Source: Auanema rhodensis
Lineage: Eukaryota > Animalia > Nematoda
Reading direction: 5' to 3'
Assembly: GCA_964057225.1 (NCBI GenBank)
Contig: OZ059896.1
Location: 5,518,001 to 5,582,000 of the forward strand
DNA: 64,000 bases
Shown here: piece after piece, positions 26,501 to 40,200 of the stretch
Layout: each line of letters starts with the position of its first letter
Numbering within the stretch: position 1 is the first letter of the stretch
The notes under the pieces: generated by a model
The model's database searches: none
Told to the model about the DNA's origin: nothing
The model's input: the letters and a program-made list of their open reading frames with translations, nothing else
Translations under genes and position numbers: made by a program

Positions 26501-29500
26501 CATTAAGCAACGCTCAATACAAAAATTAGTTATGATCGTTTGAAAAATGATGCATTAGTGTATGTTGAGTTTCCATGTACACTCAACATTGCTTCCAAAA
26601 ACATTTTGACAAAAAGTTTCCCGAAAAATTTCAAAATAATTTCACAAAAAGTAGATGTTTTTAGATTCCTTTTTTCAAGACAAAGACGATGGACATTGTT
26701 ATTCAACAAAAAAATTAATTCTTCAGGGTGAAAATCGAGGATATAAGTGTGAACTTATATCAGTTGATATCTCGGTGCATTTTTAAGCTAGCGCAAATCT
26801 GATAACACAGATCGACGCAGCTTGAAAATCCACATCGAATGCACTATACTACATTGAGAAACACTCAATACAAAAATTAGTTATGATCGTTTGAAAAATG
26901 ATGCATTAGTGTATGTTGAGTTTCCATGTACACTCAACATTGCTTCCAAAAACATTTTGACAAAAAGTTTCCCGAAAAATTTCAAAATAATTTCACAAAA
27001 AGTAGATGTTTTTAGATTCCTTTTTTCAAGGCAAAAACGATGGACAATGTTATTCAACGAAAAAATTAATTCTTCAGGGTGAAAATCGAGGATATAAGTG
27101 TGAACTTATATCAGTTGATATCTCGGTGTATTTTTAAGGTAGCGCAAATCTGATAACACAGATCGACCCAGCTTAAAAATCCGCATCAAATGCACTATAC
27201 TACATTGAGAAACACTCAATACAAAAATTAGTTATGATCGTTCGAAAAATGATGCATTAGTGTATGTTGAGTTTCCATGTACACTCAAAATTGCTTCCAA
27301 AAACATTTTGACAAAAATTTTTTCGAAAAATTTCAAAATAATTTAGCAAAAAGTAGATGTTTTTAGATTCCTTTTTTCAAGACAAAGACGATGGACATTG
27401 TTATTCAACAAAAAAATTAATTCTTCACGGTGAAAATCGAGGATATAAGTGTGAACCTATATCAGTTGATATCTCGGTTCATTTTTAAGCTAGCGCAAAT
27501 CTGATAACACAGATCGACGCAGCTTAAAAATCCGCATCGAATGTACTATACTACATTAAGAAACGCTCAATACAAAAATTAGTTATGATCGTTTGAAAAA
27601 TGATGCATTAGTGTATGTTGAGTTTCCATGTACACTCAACATTGCTTCCAAAAACATTTTGACAAAAAGTTTCCCGAAAAATTTCAAAATAATTTCACAA
27701 AAAGTAGATGTTTTTAGATTCCTTTTTTCAAGACAAAGACGATGGACATTGTTATTCAACAAAAAAATTAATTCTTCAGGGTGAAAATCGAGGATATAAG
27801 TGTGAACTTATATCAGTTGATATCTCGGTGCATTTTTAAGCTAGCGCAAATCTGATAACACAGATCGACGCAGCTTGAAAATCCACATCGAATGCACTAT
27901 ACTACATTGAGAAACACTCAATACAAAAATTAGTTATGATCGTTTGAAAAATGATGCATTAGTGTATGTTGAGTTTCCATGTACACTCAACATTGCTTCC
28001 AAAAACATTTTGACAAAAAGTTTCCCGAAAAATTTCAAAATAATTTCACAAAAAGTAGTTGTTTTTAGATTCCTTTTTTCAAGACAAAGACGATGGACAT
28101 TGTTATTCAACAAAAAAATTAATTCTTCAGGGTGAAAATCGAGGATATAAGTGTGAACTTATATCAGTTGATATCTCGGTGTATTTTTAAGGTAGCGCAA
28201 ATCTGATAACACAGATCGACCCAGCTTAAAAATCCGCATCAAATGCACTATACTACATTAAGAAACGCTCAATACAAAAATTAGTTATGATCCTTTGAAA
28301 AATGATGCATTAGTGTATGTTGAGTTTCCATGTACACTCAACATTGCTTCCAAAAACATTTTGACAAAAATTTTCCCGAAAAATTTCAAAAAAGTTTCAC
28401 AAAAAGTAGATGTTTTTAGATTCCTTTTTTCAAGACAAAGACGATGGACATTGTTATTCAACAAAAAAATTAATTCTTCAGGGTGAAAATCGAGGATATA
28501 AGTGTGAACTTATATCAGTTGATATCTCGGTGCATTTTTAAGCTAGCGCAAATCTGATAACACAGATCGACGCAGCTTGAAAATCCACATCGAATGCACT
28601 ATACTACATTGAGAAACACTCAATACAAAAATTAGTTATGATCGTTTGAAAAATGATGCATTAGTGTATGTTGAGTTTCCATGTACACTCAACATTGCTT
28701 CCAAAAACATTTTGACAAAAATTTTCCCGAAAAATTTCAAAATAATTTCACAAAAAGTAGATGTTTTTAGATTCCTTTTTTCAAGACAAAGACGATGAAC
28801 ATTGTTATTCAACAAAAAAATTAATTCTTCACGGTGAAAATCGAGGATATAAGTGTGAACCTATATCAGTTGATATCTCGGTGCATTTTCAAGCTAGCGC
28901 AAATCTGATAACACAGATCGACGCAGCTTAAAAATCCGCATCGAATGCACTATACTACATTGAGAAAAGCTAAATACAAAAATTAGTTATGATCGTTTGA
29001 AAAATGATGCATTAGTGTATGTTGAGTTTCCATGTACACTCAAAATTGCTTCCAAAAACATTTTGACAAAAATTTTTTCGAAAAATTTGAAAATAATTTA
29101 GCAAAAAGTAGATGTTTTTAGATTCCTTTTTTCAAGGCAAAAACGATAGACAATGTTATTCAACGAAAAAATTAATTCTTCAGGGTGAAAATCGAGGATA
29201 TAGGTGTGAACCTATATCAGTTGATATCTCGGTTCATTTTTAAGCTAGCGCAAATCTGATAACACAGATCGACGCAGCTTAAAAATCCGCATCGAATGTA
29301 CTATACTACATTAAGAAACGCTCAATACAAAAATTAGTTATGATCGTTTGAAAAATGATGCATTAGTGTATGTTGAGTTTCCATGTACACACAACATTGC
29401 TTCCAAAAACATTTTGACAAAAATTTTCCCGAAAAATTTTAAAATAATTTTACAAAAAGTAGATGTTTTTAGATTCCTTTTTTCAAGGCAAAAACGATGG

Positions 29501-32500
29501 ACAATGTTATTCAACGAAAAAATTAATTCTTCAGGGTGAAAATCGAGGATATAAGTGTGAACTTATATCAGTTGATATCTCGGTGCATTTTTAAGCTAGC
29601 GCAAATCTGATAACACAGATCGACGCAGCTTAAAAATCCGCATCGAATGCACTATACTACATTGAGAAAAGCTAAATACAAAAATTAGTTATGATCGTTT
29701 GAAAAATGATGCATTAGTGTATGTTGAGTTTCCATGTACACTCAAAATTGCTTCCAAAAACATTTTGACAAAAATTTTTTCGAAAAATTTGAGAATAATT
29801 TAGCAAAAAGTAGATGTTTTCAGATTCCTTTTTTCAAGGCAAAAACGATAGACAATGTTATTCAACGAAAAAATTAATTCTTCAGGGTGAAAATCGAGGA
29901 TATAGGTGTGAACTTATATCAGTTGATATCTCGGTGCATTTTCAAGCTAGCGCAAATCTGATAGTACAGATCGACGCAGCTTAAAAATCCGCATCAAATG
30001 CACTATACTACATTAAGAAACGCTCAATACAAAAATTAGTTATGATCGTTTGAAAAATGATGCATTAGTGTATGTTGAGTTTCCATGTACACTCAACATT
30101 GCTTCCAAAAACATTTTGACAAAAATTTTCCCGAAAAATTTCAAAATAATTTCACAAAAAGTAGATGTTTTTAGATTCCTTTTTTCAACACAAAGACGAT
30201 GGACATTGTTATTCAACAAAAAAATTAATTCTTCAGGGTGAAAATCGAGGATATAAGTGTGAACTTATATCAGTTGATATCTCGGTGCATTTTTAAGCTA
30301 GCGCAAATCTGATAACACAGATCTACGCAGCTTAAAAATCCGCATCGAATGCACTAAACTTCATTGAGAAAAGCTTAATACAAAAAACGAAAAAATTAAT
30401 TCTTCAGGGTGAAAATCGAGGATATAAGTGTGAACTTATATCAGTTGATATCTCGGTGCATTTTTAAGCTAGCGCAAATCTGATAACACAGATCGACGCA
30501 GCTTAAAAATCCGCATCGAATGCACTATACTACATTGAGAAAAGCTAAATACAAAAATTAGTTATGATCGTTTGAAAAATGATGCATTAGTGTATGTTGA
30601 GTTTCCATGTACACTCAAAATTGCTTCCAAAAACATTTTGACAAAAATTTTTTCGAAAAATTTGAGAATAATTTAGCAAAAAGTAGATGTTTTTAGATTC
30701 CTTTTTTCAAGGCAAAAACGATAGACAATGTTATTCAACGAAAAAATTAATTCTTCAGGGTGAAAATCGAGGATATAGGTGTGAACTTATATCAGTTGAT
30801 ATCTCGGTGCATTTTCAAGCTAGCGCAAATCTGATAGTACAGATCGACGCAGCTTAAAAATCCGCATCGAATGCACTATACTACATTGAGAAACGCTTAA
30901 TACAAAAATTAGTTATGATCGTTTGAAAAATGATGCATTAGTGTATGTTGAGTTTCCATGTACACTCAACATTGCTTCCAAAAACATTTTGACAAAAAGT
31001 TTCCCGAAAAATTTCAAAATAATTTCACAAAAAGTAGATGTTTTTAGATTCCTTTTTTCAAGACAAAGACGATGGACATTGTTATTCAACAAAAAAATTA
31101 ATTCTTCAGGGTGAAAATCGAGGATATAAGTGTGAACTTATATCAGTTGATATCTCGGTGCATTTTTAAGCTAGCGCAAATCTGATAACACAGATCGACG
31201 CAGCTTGAAAATCCACATCGAATGCACTATGCTACATTGAGAAACACTCAATACAAAAATTAGTTATGATCGTTTGAAAAATGATGCATTAGTGTATGTT
31301 GAGTTTCCATGTACACTCAACATTGCTTCCAAAAACATTTTGACAAAAAGTTTCCCGAAAAATTTCAAAATAATTTCACAAAAAGTAGATGTTTTTAGAT
31401 TCCTTTTTTCAAGACAAAGACGATGGACATTGTTATTCAACAAAAAAATTAATTCTTCAGGGTGAAAATCGAGGATATGAGTGTGAACTTATATCAGTTG
31501 ATATCTCGGTGCATTTTCAAGCTAGCGCAAATCTGATAACACAGATCGACGCAGCTTAAAAATCCGCATCGAATGCACTATACTACATTGAGCAAAGCTG
31601 AATACAAAAATTAGTTATGATCGTTTGAAAAATGATGCATTAGTGTATGTTGAGTTTCCATGTACACTCAACATTGCTTCCAAAAACATTTTGACAAAAA
31701 GTTTCCCGAAAAATTTCAAAATAATTTCACAAAAAGTAGATGTTTTTAGATTCCTTTTTTCAAGACAAAGACGATGGACATTGTTATTCAACAAAAAAAT
31801 TAATTCTTCAGGGTGAAAATCGAGGATATAAGTGTGAACTTATATCAGTTGATATCTCGGTGCATTTTTAAGCTAGCGCAAATCTGATAACACAGATCGA
31901 CGCAGCTTGAAAATCCACATCGAATGCACTATACTACATTGAGGATCACTCAATACAAAAATTAGTTATGATCGTTTGAAAAATGATGCATTAGTGTATG
32001 TTGAGTTTCCATGTACACTCAACATTGCTTCCAAAAACATTTTGACAAAAAGTTTCCCGAAAAATTTCAAAATAATTTCACAAAAAGTAGATGTTTTTAG
32101 ATTCCTTTTTTCAAGACAAAGACGATGGACATTGTTATTCAACAAAAAAATTAATTCTTCAGGGTGAAAATCGAGGATATAAGTGTGAACTTATATCAGT
32201 TGATATCTCGGTGCATTTTTAAGCTAGCGCAAATCTGATAACACAGATCGACGCAGCTTGAAAATCCACATCGAATGCACTATACTACATTGAGAAAAGC
32301 TAAATACAAAAATTAGTTATGATCGTTTGAAAAATGATGCATTAGTGTATGTTGAGTTTCCATGTACACTCAAAATTGCTTCCAAAAACATTTTGACAAA
32401 AATTTTTTCGAAAAATTTGAAAATAATTTAGTAAAAAGTAGATGTTTTTAGATTCCTTTTTTCAAGGCAAAAACGATAGACAATGTTATTCAACGAAAAA

Positions 32501-35500
32501 ATTAATTCTTCACGGTGAAAATCGAGGATATAAGTGTGAACCTATATCAGTTGATATCTCGGTGCATTTTCAAGCTAGCGCAAATCTGATAACACAGATC
32601 GACGCAGCTTAAAAATCCGCATCGAATGTACTATACTACATTAAGAAACGCTCAATACAAAAATTAGTTATGATCGTTTGAAAAATGATGCATTAGTGTA
32701 TGTTGAGTTTCCATGTACACTCAACATTGCTTCCAAAAACATTTTGACAAAAAGTTTCCCGAAAAATTTTAAAATAATTTTACAAAAAGTAGATGTTTTT
32801 AGATTTCTATTTTCAAGACAAAGACGATGGACATTGTCATTCAACAAAAAAATTAATTCTTCACGGTGAAAATCGAGGATATAAGTGTGAACCTATATCA
32901 GTTGATATCTCGGTGCATTTTTAAGCTAGCGCAAATCTGATAACACAGATCGACGCAGCTTAAAAATCCGCATCGAATGCACTATACTTCATTAAGCAAC
33001 GCTCAATACAAAAATTAGTTATGATCGTTTGAAAAATGATGCATTAGTGTATGTTGAGTTTCCATGTACACTCAACATTGCTTCCAAAAACATTTTGACA
33101 AAAAGTTTCCCGAAAAATTTCAAAATAATTTCACAAAAAGTAGATGTTTTTAGATTCCTTTTTTCAAGACAAAGACGATGGACATTGTTATTCAACAAAA
33201 AAATTAATTCTTCAGGGTGAAAATCGAGGATATAAGTGTGAACTTATATCAGTTGATATCTCGGTGCATTTTTAAGCTAGCGCAAATCTGATAACACAGA
33301 TCGACGCAGCTTGAAAATCCACATCGAATGCACTATACTACATTGAGAAACACTCAATACAAAAATTAGTTATGATCGTTCGAAAAATGATGCATTAGTG
33401 TATGTTGAGTTTCCATGTACACTCAACATTGCTTCCAAAAACATTTTGACAAAAATTTTTTCGAAAAATTTCAAAATAATTTCACAAAAAGTAGATGTTT
33501 TTAGATTCCTTTTTTCAAGACAAAGACGATGGACATTGTTATTCAACAAAAAAATTAATTCTTCACGGTGAAAATCGAGGATATAAGTGTGAACTTATAT
33601 CAGTTGATATCTCGGTGCATTTTTAAGCTAGCGCAAATCTGATAACACAGATCGACGCAGCTTGAAAATCCACATCGAATGCACTATACTACATTGAGAA
33701 ACACTCAATACAAAAATTAGTTATGATCGTTTGAAAAATGATGCATTAGTGTATGTTGAGTTTCCATGTACACTCAACATTGCTTCCAAAAACATTTTGA
33801 CAAAAATTTTCCCGAAAAATTTCAAAATAATTTCACAAAAAGTAGATGTTTTTAGATTCCTTTTTTCAAGACAAAGACGATGGACATTGTTATTCAACAA
33901 AAAAATTAATTCTTCACGGTGAAAATCGAGGATATAAGTGTGAACCTATATCAGTTGATATCTCGGTGCATTTTCAAGCTAGCGCAAATCTGATAACACA
34001 GATCGACGCAGCTTAAAAATCCGCATCGAATGCACTATACTACATTGAGAAAAGCTAAATACAAAAATTAGTTATGATCGTTTGAAAAATGATGCATTAG
34101 TGTATGTTGAGTTTCCATGTACACTCAACATTGCTTCCAAAAACATTTTGACAAAAAGTTTCCCGAAAAATTTCAAAATAATTTCACAAAAAGTAGATGT
34201 TTTTAGATTCCTTTTTTCAAGACAAAGACGATGGACATTGTTATTCAACAAAAAAATTAATTCTTCAGGGTGAAAATCGAGGATATAAGTGTGAACTTAT
34301 ATCAGTTGATATCTCGGTGCATTTTTAAGCTAGCGCAAATCTGATAACACAGATCGACGCAGCTTGAAAATCCACATCGAATGCACTATACTACATTGAG
34401 AAACACTCAATACAAAAATTAGTTATGATCGTTCGAAAAATGATGCATTAGTGTATGTTGAGTTTCCATGTACACTCAACATTGCTTCCAAAAACATTTT
34501 GACAAAAATTTTTTCGAAAAATTTCAAAATAATTTCACAAAAAGTAGATGTTTTTAGATTCCTTTTTTCAAGACAAAGACGATGGACATTGTTATTCAAC
34601 AAAAAAATTAATTCTTCACGGTGAAAATCGAGGATATAAGTGTGAACTTATATCAGTTGATATCTCGGTGCATTTTTAAGCTAGCGCAAATCTGATAACA
34701 CAGATCGACGCAGCTTGAAAATCCACATCGAATGCACTATACTACATTGAGAAACACTCAATACAAAAATTAGTTATGATCGTTTGAAAAATGATGCATT
34801 AGTGTATGTTGAGTTTCCATGTACACTCAACATTGCTTCCAAAAACATTTTGACAAAAATTTTCCCGAAAAATTTCAAAATAATTTCACAAAAAGTAGAT
34901 GTTTTTAGATTCCTTTTTTCAAGACAAAGACGATGGACATTGTTATTCAACAAAAAAATTAATTCTTCACGGTGAAAATCGAGGATATAAGTGTGAACCT
35001 ATATCAGTTGATATCTCGGTGCATTTTCAAGCTAGCGCAAATCTGATAACACAGATCGACGCAGCTTAAAAATCCGCATCGAATGCACTATACTACATTG
35101 AGAAAAGCTAAATACAAAAATTAGTTATGATCGTTTGAAAAATGATGCATTAGTGTATGTTGAGTTTCCATGTACACTCAACATTGCTTCCAAAAACATT
35201 TTGACAAAAAGTTTCCCGAAAAATTTCAAAATAATTTCACAAAAAGTAGATGTTTTTAGATTCCTTTTTTCAAGACAAAGACGATGGACATTGTTATTCA
35301 ACAAAAAAATTAATTCTTCAGGGTGAAAATCGAGGATATAAGTGTGAACTTATATCAGTTGATATCTCGGTGCATTTTTAAGCTAGCGCAAATCTGATAA
35401 CACAGATCGACGCAGCTTGAAAATCCACATCGAATGCACTATACTACATTGAGGAACACTCAATACAAAAATTAGTTATGATCGTTTGAAAAATGATGCA

Positions 35501-37200
35501 TTAGTGTATGTTGAGTTTCCATGTACACTCAACATTGCTTCCAAAAACATTTTGACAAAAATTTTCCCGAAAAGTTTCAAAATAATTTCACAAAAAGTAG
35601 ATGTTTTTAGATTCCTTTTTTCAAGACAAAGACGATGGACATTGTTATTCAACAAAAAAATTAATTCTTCACGGTGAAAATCGAGGATATAAGTGTGAAC
35701 CTATATCAGTTGATATCTCGGTGCATTTTCAAGCTAGCGCAAATCTGATAACACAGATCGACGCAGCTTAAAAATCCGCATCGAATGCACTATACTACAT
35801 TGAGAAAAGCTAAATACAAAAATTAGTTATGATCGTTTGAAAAATGATGCATTAGTGTATGTTGAGTTTCCATGTACACTCAAAATTGCTTCCAAAAACA
35901 TTTTGACAAAAATTTTTTCGAAAAATTTGAAAATAATTTAGCAAAAAGTAGATGTTTTTAGATTCCTTTTTTCAAGGCAAAAACGATAGACAATGTTATT
36001 CAACGAAAAAATTAATTCTTCAGGGTGAAAATCGAGGATATAGGTGTGAACCTATATCAGTTGATATCTCGGTTCATTTTTAAGCTAGCGCAAATCTGAT
36101 AACACAGATCGACGCAGCTTAAAAATCCGCATCGAATGTACTATACTACATTAAGAAACGCTCAATACAAAAATTAGTTATGATCGTTTGAAAAATGATG
36201 CATTAGTGTATGTTGAGTTTCCATGTACACACAACATTGCTTCCAAAAACATTTTGACAAAAATTTTCCCGAAAAATTTTAAAATAATTTTACAAAAAGT
36301 AGATGTTTTTAGATTTCTATTTTCGAGACAAAGACGATGGACATTGTCATTCAACAAAAAAATTAATTCTTCACGGTGAAAATCGAGGATATAAGTGTGA
36401 ACCTATATCAGTTGATATCTCGGTGCATTTTTAAGCTAGCGCAAATCTGATAACACAGATCGACGCAGCTTAAAAATCCGCATCGAATGCACTATACTTC
36501 ATTAAGCAACGCTCAATACAAAAATTAGTTATGATCGTTTGAAAAATGATGCATTAGTGTATGTTGAGTTTCCATGTACACTCAACATTGCTTCCAAAAA
36601 CATTTTGACAAAAATTTTCCCGAAAAATTTCAAAATAATTTCACAAAAAGTAGATGTTTTTAGATTCCTTTTTTCAAGACAAAGACGATGGACATTGTTA
36701 TTCAACAAAAAAATTAATTCTTCAGGGTGAAAATCGAGGATATAAGTGTGAACTTATATCAGTTGATATCTCGGTGCATTTTTAAGCTAGCGCAAATCTG
36801 ATAACACAGATCGACGCAGCTTGAAAATCCACATCGAATGCACTATACTACATTGAGAAACACTCAATACAAAAATTAGTTATGATCGTTCGAAAAATGA
36901 TGCATTAGTGTATGTTGAGTTTCCATGTACACTCAACATTGCTTCCAAAAACATTTTGACAAAAATTTTTTCGAAAAATTTCAAAATAATTTCACAAAAA
37001 GTAGATGTTTTTAGATTCCTTTTTTCAAGACAAAGACGATGGACATTGTTATTCAACAAAAAAATTAATTCTTCACGGTGAAAATCGAGGATATAAGTGT
37101 GAACCTATATCAGTTGATATCTCGGTGCATTTTCAAGCTAGCGCAAATCTGATAACACAGATCGACGCAGCTTAAAAATCCGCATCGAATGCATAATATT
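23500..37200. repeat. Second A-dominated domain, with scattered B and chimeric monomers
   Basis: A-type variants return and ORF calls are dense from 23732 to 36730. Confidence 0.85.
30187..30708. other. Fused pair of monomers carrying a 180-bp deletion (junction at about 30386/30387)
   Basis: ttaatacaaaaaacgaaaaaattaat joins monomer position 200 to position 30 of the next monomer. ORF spacing 30050 to 30923 is 873 = 3x351 - 180. Confidence 0.95.
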
Positions 37201-40200
37201 ACATTGAGAAAAGCTAAATACAAAAATTAGTTATGATCGTTTGAAAAATGGTGCATTAGTGTATGTTGAGTTTCCATGTACACTCAAAATTGCTTCCAAA
37301 AACATTTTGACAAAAATGTTTTCGAAAAATTTCAAAATAATTTAGCAAAAAGTAGATGTTTTTAGATTCCTTTTTTCAAGGCAAAAACGATGGACAATGT
37401 TATTCAACGAAAAAATTAATTCTTCAGGGTGAAAATCGAGGATATAAGTGTGAACTTATATCAGTTGATATCTCGGTGCATTTTTAAGCTAGCGCAAATC
37501 TGATAACACAGATCGACGCAGCTTAAAAATCCGCATCGAATGCACTATATTACATTGAGAAAAGCTAAATACAAAAATTAGTTATGATCGTTTGAAAAAT
37601 GATGCATTAGTGTATGTTGAGTTTCCATGTACACTCAAAATTGCTTCCAAAAACATTTTGACAAAAATTTTTTCGAAAAATTTGAAAATAATTTAGCAAA
37701 AAGTAGATGTTTTTAGATTCCTTTTTTCAAGGCAAAAACGATAGACAATGTTATTCAACGAAAAAATTAATTCTTCAGGGTGAAAAGCGAGGATATAGTT
37801 GTGAACTTATATCAGTTGATATCTCGGTGCATTTTCAAGCTAGCGCAAATCTGATAGTACAGATCGACGCAGCTTAAAAATCCGCATCGAATGCACTATA
37901 CTACATTGAGAAACGCTTAATACAAAAATTAGTTATGATCGTTTGAAAAATGATGCATTAGTGTATGTTGAGTTTCCATGTACACTCAACATTGCTTCCA
38001 AAAACATTTTGACAAAAATTTTTTCGAAAAATTTGAAAATAATTTAGCAAAAAGTAGATGTTTTTAGATTCCTTTTTTCAAGGCAAAAACGATAGACAAT
38101 GTTATTCAACGAAAAAATTAATTCTTCAGGGTGAAAAGCGAGGATATAGTTGTGAACTTATATCAGTTGATATCTCGGTGCATTTTCAAGCTAGCGCAAA
38201 TCTGATAGTACAGATCGACGCAGCTTAAAAATCCGCATCGAATGCACTATACTACATTGAGAAACGCTTAATACAAAAATTAGTTATGATCGTTTGAAAA
38301 ATGATGCATTAGTGTATGTTGAGTTTCCATGTACACTCAACATTGCTTCCAAAAACATTTTGACAAAAATTTTTTCGAAAAATTTGAAAATTATTTAGCA
38401 AAAAGTAGATGTTTTTAGATTCCTTTTTTCAAGGCAAAAACGATGGACAATGTTATTCAACGAAAAAATTAATTCTTCAGGGTGAAAATCGAGGATATAA
38501 GTGTGAACTTATATCAGTTGATATCTCGGTGCATTTTTAAGCTAGCGCAAATCTGATAACACAGATCTACGCAGCTTAAAAATCCGCATCGAATGCACTA
38601 AACTTCATTGAGAAAAGCTTAATACAAAAATTAGTTATGATCGTTTGAAAAATGATGCATTAGTGTATGTTGAGTTTCCATGTACACACAAAATTGCTTC
38701 CAAAAACATTTTGACAAAAATTTTTTCGAAAAATTTCAAAATAATTTAGCAAAAAGTAGATGTTTTTAGATTCCTTTTTTCAAGGCAAAAACGATGGACA
38801 ATGTTATTCAACGAAAAAATTAATTCTTCAGGGTGAAAATCGAGGATATAAGTGTGAACCTATATCAGTTGATATCTCGGTGCATTTTTAAGCTAGCGCA
38901 AATCTGATAACACAGATCGACGCAGCTTAAAAATCCGCATCGAATGCACTATACTACATTGAGAAAAGCTAAATACAAAAATTAGTTATGATCGTTTGAA
39001 AAATGATGCATTAGTGTATGTTGAGTTTCCATGTACACTCAAAATTGCTTCCAAAAACATTTTGACAAAAATTTTTTTCGAAAAATTTGAGAATAATTTA
39101 GCAAAAAGTAGATGTTTTTAGATTTCTTTTTTCAAGGCAAAAACGATGGACAATGTTATTCAACGAAAAAATTAATTCTTCAGGGTGAAAATCGAGGATA
39201 TAAGTGTGAACTTATATCAGTTGATATCTCGGTGCATTTTTAAGCTAGCGCAAATCTGATAACACAGATCGACGCAGCTTAAAAATCCGCATCGAATGCA
39301 CTATACTACATTGAGAAAAGCTGAATACAAAAATTAGTTAGGATCGTTTGAAAAATGATGCATTAGTGTATGTTGAGTTTCCATGTACACTCAAAATTGC
39401 TTCCAAAAACATTTTGACAAAAATTTTTTCGAAAAATTTGAAAATAATTTAGCAAAAAGTAGATGTTTTTAGATTCCTTTTTTCAAGGCAAAAACGATAG
39501 ACAATGTTATTCAACGAAAAAATTAATTCTTCAGGGTGAAAATCGAGGATATAGGTGTGAACCTATATCAGTTGATATCTCGGTTCATTTTTAAGCTAGC
39601 GCAAATCTGATAACACAGATCGACGCAGCTTAAAAATCCGCATCGAATGTACTATACTACATTAAGAAACGCTCAATACAAAAATTAGTTATGATCGTTT
39701 GAAAAATGATGCATTAGTGTATGTTGAGTTTCCATGTACACACAACATTGCTTCCAAAAACATTTTGACAAAAATTTTCCCGAAAAATTTTAAAATAATT
39801 TTACAAAAAGTAGATGTTTTTAGATTTCTATTTTCGAGACAAAGACGATGGACATTGTCATTCAACAAAAAAATTAATTCTTCACGGTGAAAATCGAGGA
39901 TATAAGTGTGAACCTATATCAGTTGATATCTCGGTGCATTTTTAAGCTAGCGCAAATCTGATAACACAGATCGACGCAGCTTAAAAATCCGCATCGAATG
40001 CACTATACTTCATTAAGCAACGCTCAATACAAAAATTAGTTATGATCGTTTGAAAAATGATGCATTAGTGTATGTTGAGTTTCCATGTACACTCAACATT
40101 GCTTCCAAAAACATTTTGACAAAAATTTTCCCGAACAATTTCAAAATAATTTCACAAAAAGTAGATGTTTTTAAATTCCTTTTTTCAAGACAAAGACGAT

